From assembly GCA_016927935.1 (NCBI GenBank), contig JAFGLS010000051.1:37992-101991 (forward strand): a stretch of DNA of 64,000 nucleotides. Reading direction: 5' to 3'. The stretch is from Syntrophaceae bacterium. Its GTDB lineage: Bacteria; Desulfobacterota; Syntrophia; Syntrophales; Smithellaceae. This document shows, piece after piece, positions 59,109 through 64,000 of the stretch. The notes beneath the pieces were generated by a model. It did no database searches. It was not told the origin of the DNA and saw only the letters and a list, made by a program, of their open reading frames with translations. The position numbers were made by a program, and so were the translations under genes. Numbering within the stretch: the first letter of the stretch is position 1; every line of letters begins with the position of its first letter.

Positions 59109-60125
59109 ATGATTATTCAATGCAGGCAATGCCGCACAAAATTTCGCTTTGATGATTCTCTCATGCAGGGAAGCGGAGTTTGGCTGCGTTGCAGTCGTTG
59201 CGGTCATGTTTATTTTCAGGAAAATCCTTACGCAAATAAACCGCCGGCGGATGCTGTAGTTGGACTGGAACCGGAGATTGTTTCTTCAAAAGAAGAGGTT
59301 ATACCGGCAGAAGAAATGTCTAAAATACCGGAAGAAACTCCTTCCGTATTTTACAGAGATGAACAAGGGATGAAATCTCTTGATAAAATTATGGAGGCGA
59401 GAAAGCGTCTTCGTGAAGAAATTGATTTGGATATAAAAAACACAAGAGGGGAAATTTTTGGCGACGGAGCTGAAAAGGTTGAAGATGTCGAGGGAACTGA
59501 AGGAGCTGAAAAAATTAAAAAAAATAAAAAGAAAAAAAAGTTTTCTCCGAAAGGTTCAGGAAAAGCGTGGAAAATTACAGTTTGGTCTGTTTTTGTAATA
59601 TTAATTATTCCTCTATTTATCTATTTTTATGCTTTCCCGCAATATGGTGAACAACTTGTCAATAACGGTAAATATATCATCGAAAAATTCAATGAATACA
59701 GAGGGGTTTCAAAACCTGTTACATCTGGTGCTTTTATCAACCAGATGGTGAAACTTCAGGATGTGCGTTACCGGAGGATAAATAATTACGTCCTAGGACA
59801 AATAGGCGTTCTGGAAGGCACGGCAGTTAATCGCGCTGATTATCCTCTTTCCCGAATACAGGTAAAAGGTGAAATTGTGGATGCCTATTCAGTGGTTTTG
59901 GGTGAACGAGCCAGCTATGCGGGGAACATTCTCAGCGATGAGGAACTGATGAATTTATCCGAGGAAGAAATTATAATGAAACTTCTCCGCCCGGAGGGTT
60001 TGAATAATTCCAACGACAGAGTTATGCCCAACGGGCGGATACCGTTCATGATAGTTTTTCCCTATGAGCCGTCAGGTATAATTAAGACGACGGTTATGAC
60101 CTTCGGCGCAGAACGCCTTCTTTAA
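59109..60125 (+). CDS. MJ0042-type zinc-finger protein with TM helix and DUF3426-like C-terminal domain
   Basis: 338 aa. The N-terminus MIIQCRQCRTKFRFDD...LRCSRCGHVY is followed by an acidic/Lys-rich linker and one TM helix. The C-terminal domain is beta-rich. Confidence 0.8.
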   Translation: MIIQCRQCRTKFRFDDSLMQGSGVWLRCSRCGHVYFQENPYANKPPADAVVGLEPEIVSSKEEVIPAEEMSKIPEETPSVFYRDEQGMKSLDKIMEARKRLREEIDLDIKNTRGEIFGDGAEKVEDVEGTEGAEKIKKNKKKKKFSPKGSGKAWKITVWSVFVILIIPLFIYFYAFPQYGEQLVNNGKYIIEKFNEYRGVSKPVTSGAFINQMVKLQDVRYRRINNYVLGQIGVLEGTAVNRADYPLSRIQVKGEIVDAYSVVLGERASYAGNILSDEELMNLSEEEIIMKLLRPEGLNNSNDRVMPNGRIPFMIVFPYEPSGIIKTTVMTFGAERLL

Positions 60126-60200
60126 TCAATAGCATTCAGTTTAATAGATAAGATACATGTCAATAATGTTTTATCGACGCGAAAAATAGAATCTATAAAA

Positions 60201-61925
60201 ATGACTATTTATAAAAATAACGACTTAAATTTTTTTTCTAAATATCCAATCGTTATTTCTGCAATAATATCTTTAATTGTTCTTGCAATTTTTGCAGGCG
60301 TATTAACTGCTGATTTTGTGATGTGGGATGATGACATTACTGTCTATGAAAACCACTATATTGGAAGATTAAGTTTTGAGCGTATTTGTTGGGCTTTTAC
60401 TGATGTTGATTCAACAATGCGTTATATTCCTCTGACGTTGCTGAGTTGGATTTCTACTTATAATTTATGGGAGTTGAATCCCTTAGGTTATCATTTGCTA
60501 AACTGGCTTCTGCATGGATTAAGTTCCGGGTTACTGTTTTTGATAATAAGAAAAATTTTGTTGCTGTCGTTTAAAGTTACAAACGACAATCGCGAAGTTC
60601 ATCTACAGATAAATATTGTCGCGGTGCTTACAACTCTTTTCTGGGCTCTTCACCCTCTGCGGGTTGAGCCGGTTGCCTGGGTAACAGATTTAGCTTATTG
60701 TCAAGCCGTCTTTTTTATACTTTTCTCGACACTATGTTATATAGAAGCAGTTGCCTCAATATCTGAGAAAAAGAGGTATTTTTATCTTATTGTATTAGCT
60801 TTTATTCTTTATGCATTATCCTTACTTTCTCATCCAATGGGAATAACTTATTTTGCGGTTTTTTTAATCTTAGATATTTTTCTCTTTAAAAGAATTGGAG
60901 GTGCTATTGGATGGTGGAAGTCCAAATCGGCAAAAAAGGTTATAGATGAAAAATTTATATTCGCCATTCCCGCCATTTTAATTGGCATAATATCCGTGAT
61001 TGTGCGAGTTCAATCCGCTGGAGTATGGCGACCTGCCGTCCCATTGTCAGCATTTGGATTGTTCGATCGCATCATGCAAGCTGTGTATATTTTGTCATAT
61101 TATATATGGCGACCGTTTTATCCGGTTGATTTTGCTCCTACTTACACTACACTTATTTCCTTTAATCCACTGTCTATGCCTTTTATATTAAGCGCTTTAT
61201 TTGTAATTACAGCATCTATTCTACTGTTTATTTTCAGAAGAAGATGGCCATTAATCCTGGCATTATGGCTTTCGTACATTATTTTATTAATTCCTTTCAT
61301 GGGTTTTTTCGAACATCCTCATTACCATTGTGACAGATATTCTCTTATGCCATCTATATGTTTTTCAATACTTATAGCATTTGGATTAATCAAACTAGTA
61401 ATAAATAAATACTTATCGGTAATTTCTGTTTCAGCATTACTGATAGTTATTAGTATTTTAGGTTTGTTAAGTTATAACCAAATTAAAATTTGGTATAACA
61501 GCGAATCTTTGCTCAGCCATACGATTGAAACTTTAGGTAACAACCCTTATCGACAAGACAGTTACTGGCGACTGGGAAAATATTTTTATGAAAAAGGTGA
61601 AAGAGGAAAAGCCATTATGTATTTTGAGAATACTTTAGCGATTAATCCATTTCATCCTATAGCTCTTACTTATTTGGCGAAAATATTGAATGAAAATGAT
61701 TTTTTAATAAAATCAATATATCATCTTCAGAATTTTTTAATTAATAATCCCACCAACATTAAGGCGCATTATCGGCTTTCATATTTATTTAATGAGTTAA
61801 ATAAAAAGAAAGAAGCAGCATATTATTTTGAACGTGCGGTTGATTTACAACGTTTAAAAAACTCTGCTGTGCAAAATAGCAAGATTACGCGACCTGAAGC
61901 TCAGCCGAACAAACTGTTTCATTAA
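60201..61925 (+). CDS. Polytopic glycosyltransferase-like membrane protein with C-terminal TPR repeats (PMT_2/TMTC-like)
   Basis: 574 aa with the FVMWDDDITVYEN motif, YIPLTLLSW, GYHLLNWLLH, ~10 TM helices and a C-terminal TPR-like region (YWRLGKYFYEKGERGKAIMYFENTLAINP). Confidence 0.75.
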   Translation: MTIYKNNDLNFFSKYPIVISAIISLIVLAIFAGVLTADFVMWDDDITVYENHYIGRLSFERICWAFTDVDSTMRYIPLTLLSWISTYNLWELNPLGYHLLNWLLHGLSSGLLFLIIRKILLLSFKVTNDNREVHLQINIVAVLTTLFWALHPLRVEPVAWVTDLAYCQAVFFILFSTLCYIEAVASISEKKRYFYLIVLAFILYALSLLSHPMGITYFAVFLILDIFLFKRIGGAIGWWKSKSAKKVIDEKFIFAIPAILIGIISVIVRVQSAGVWRPAVPLSAFGLFDRIMQAVYILSYYIWRPFYPVDFAPTYTTLISFNPLSMPFILSALFVITASILLFIFRRRWPLILALWLSYIILLIPFMGFFEHPHYHCDRYSLMPSICFSILIAFGLIKLVINKYLSVISVSALLIVISILGLLSYNQIKIWYNSESLLSHTIETLGNNPYRQDSYWRLGKYFYEKGERGKAIMYFENTLAINPFHPIALTYLAKILNENDFLIKSIYHLQNFLINNPTNIKAHYRLSYLFNELNKKKEAAYYFERAVDLQRLKNSAVQNSKITRPEAQPNKLFH

Positions 61926-62091
61926 CATTGAGCAAAAGTATCAAGTCTTTCCATTTGTAATGTATTTTTTCCTTTTGATATTTTATGCTAGGTTACAATT
62001 AGAGGTAGTTGAAAATTTTGTCCAGCTGGAGTGATTTGTTCCAATTGTTTTTAAGGCGATTAATATCATAATAAAAATTCAGGCAAAAATT

Positions 62092-64000
62092 ATGAGACAG
62101 AAAAAAAATCAACGAATAATTAAGCTGGTTCAGTTATCGGATAAATTAAAATCAGAGACTGCAATTTTTAAATCATTTGGTGACTTTCTCAGTAATTATG
62201 GTCATTATTTTTTATTTTCACTCATAGCCTTAATTATCTTTTTCATATTTAATGATTTTATTATTTTAAAAAAATTATACCTTTTTAAAGACTTCAGTAG
62301 TGATTCGATTAATTTTAATTATCCATTATATTACAGTTTAGCTGATTACATTACAAAAGAAGGATTTCCTAAATGGTCGTTCAATCAAGGAATGGGACAA
62401 AATATTTTTCCTGTCAATTATATAGACCCTTTTTTATTGTTTATAATATTGATGGGAAAGAATTATGTTTATTACACCATTTTTTATGCTGAAATATTAA
62501 AGATATTATGCGCGGGATTTTTCTTTTACCTCTTCCTGAAAAAAGTTATTAGTTCTGGTTATGCTGCAGTAATGGGCGGCGTTTTATATTCTTTCAGCGG
62601 CTTTATTATTTTAGGCGGACAATGGAGTCTTTTTTCAACTCAGGCGGTTTATGTCGCATTATTACTATATTCTTTTGAAAAACTATATCAGAATGATAAC
62701 TGGATACTGTTCCCAATTTCTGTTTTCTTGATCGGTTCATATCAACCGCTGGATTTATTTTTTATCGGAAGTTTTCTTATAATTTATATTATATTCCGCT
62801 TGTGCGAAGACAATGTTAAGGATCGGAGAAAAATACCTGAACTATTCACAAAAATTATTCTTCTGGGAATCACGGGAGTAGCACTGAGTTCTTTCTTCCT
62901 TGTAAATGGCCTTCAGATAATGATGGAAAGTCCTCGCGGTAGCGGTGCATTGTCGTATTCTCATGCTTTATTCTCTACGCCAATTTTCGGTTTGGAAAGT
63001 TTTGGACAAAATCATTATTTAACAGCCCTTATGCGATTTTTCTCCAACGATATAATGGGAATTGGTAATAATTTCCGGGGATGGAACAGTTATCTGGAAG
63101 CGCCTTTATTTTATTGTGGTTTGATTTCGTTGATTTTACTTCCTCATTTTATTAATTTGTCCGATAAAAGAAAAAAAACAGTTTATTTTTTGTTTCTAAT
63201 AATTTTCATTCTGCCTGTTATATTTCCTTTCTTCCGTTATTCATTTTGGCTTTTCACAGGCGACTATTACAGAATATTTTCACTTTTTGTTGCTGTGGTT
63301 GTTGTCTTAATATCATTAAAAAGTATTGATGAAATTGATTCTAAATCGAAAGTAGATATTAAGATAACTCTTGGCACATTACTGGTGTTGATTATTTTTC
63401 TTTATTATCCCTACAAGGATTCGCAAATAATTGATAAAAACATTAGGGATATGGTTGCAATATTTTTGATAATTTATTCCGTTCTTATTTATTTAATTCA
63501 GTTTAGATACGTAAAAAATATTGTAAAAATTATGCTGCTTACAGTAATTATAGCGGAATTAATATGTTTTCATTATGCGGCAGTTAACAAAAGACCTGTA
63601 ATCTTGGGCAAGGAAATTTCACGGAAAGTCGGTTACAACGATTATACGGTTGATGCCGTAGCGTTCATCAAGTCCAACGATAAAACCTTCTTTAGAATCA
63701 ATAAAGATTATTATTCCGGAGGAGCAATGAATAAAGGACAGAATGATGCGAAAGTTCAGAACTTCTATGGGACTTCTTCCTATCATAATTTTAATCAAAT
63801 TAACTATATAAAATTTCTTCTTGAACTGGAAATTGTTAATAGGAAAGACGAGCCTAGAACTCGTTATTGTATAGGTCTAACAAAACACCCGTTACTACAC
63901 AGTTTCGCAAGTATAAAATATGCCTTAACCAAAAAACAGAATCCGCACCTATTGAATTTTGGGTATGATTTATTTGATGGAAGCTTTGGGGATGTTAAGG
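62092..64000 (+). CDS. YfhO-family polytopic membrane protein, partial (continues past the window end)
   Basis: Absent from the ORF track because there is no stop. ATG at 62092, open through 64000 (636 codons). MRQKKNQRIIKL... has many TM helices. The YfhO-like assignment rests on overall size and topology plus motifs such as YAEILKILCAGFFFYLFLKK, and is moderately supported. Confidence 0.7.
   Translation, partial: MRQKKNQRIIKLVQLSDKLKSETAIFKSFGDFLSNYGHYFLFSLIALIIFFIFNDFIILKKLYLFKDFSSDSINFNYPLYYSLADYITKEGFPKWSFNQGMGQNIFPVNYIDPFLLFIILMGKNYVYYTIFYAEILKILCAGFFFYLFLKKVISSGYAAVMGGVLYSFSGFIILGGQWSLFSTQAVYVALLLYSFEKLYQNDNWILFPISVFLIGSYQPLDLFFIGSFLIIYIIFRLCEDNVKDRRKIPELFTKIILLGITGVALSSFFLVNGLQIMMESPRGSGALSYSHALFSTPIFGLESFGQNHYLTALMRFFSNDIMGIGNNFRGWNSYLEAPLFYCGLISLILLPHFINLSDKRKKTVYFLFLIIFILPVIFPFFRYSFWLFTGDYYRIFSLFVAVVVVLISLKSIDEIDSKSKVDIKITLGTLLVLIIFLYYPYKDSQIIDKNIRDMVAIFLIIYSVLIYLIQFRYVKNIVKIMLLTVIIAELICFHYAAVNKRPVILGKEISRKVGYNDYTVDAVAFIKSNDKTFFRINKDYYSGGAMNKGQNDAKVQNFYGTSSYHNFNQINYIKFLLELEIVNRKDEPRTRYCIGLTKHPLLHSFASIKYALTKKQNPHLLNFGYDLFDGSFGDVK

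Noticed and set aside
59515-59545. A-rich homopolymeric tracts (AAAAAAAA twice) in the MJ0042 zinc-finger gene as a possible slipped-strand phase-variation switch.
   Set aside because: The tracts encode a Lys-rich linker (KKNKKKKKF) typical of this protein class. Nothing in a single sequence indicates length variation, so this stays speculative.

Overview
This is a 64-kb chromosomal window from a moderately low-GC bacterium. The gene content (sigma54 regulators, MJ0042-type zinc finger/DUF3426, DUF362 ferredoxin, radical SAM, N-type ATPase) suggests a Desulfobacterota/deltaproteobacteria-like anaerobe, but that is a low-confidence inference. Most of the window is core housekeeping: radA, groES-groEL, htpX, ileS-lspA, hisI-hisG-hisB-(x)-hisA, HIT, yqeY, dnaG-rpoD-tRNA(CAT), rplU-rpmA, obg-proB and hpt. 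The non-routine observations are these. (1) A PAS histidine kinase and an NtrC-type regulator sit upstream of an exact sigma54 -24/-12 promoter. That promoter appears to drive two paralogous unknown proteins and then a complete N-type ATPase operon (atpDCQRBEFAG). (2) The 3-prime end of a large radical SAM gene is followed by two small toxin-antitoxin-type cassettes. Each cassette is bounded by a diverged, truncated copy of that gene's last 24-31 codons, which looks like serial cassette insertion with 3-prime-end replacement. (3) The housekeeping rpoD has all regions up to 4.1 but no recognisable region 4.2 in its last ~50 codons. (4) At least three families of short hairpin or MITE-like repeats sit in intergenic spacers, including spacers inside conserved operons. 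(5) An AT-rich block at 44.3-49.9 kb encodes three secreted proteins: a YVTN beta-propeller multidomain protein, a small CarboxypepD_reg-like protein, and a translationally coupled zinc phospholipase-C-like protein. No rRNA, CRISPR array, transposase or integrase was seen. All calls rest on reading the sequence and the ORF track; no database search was run.
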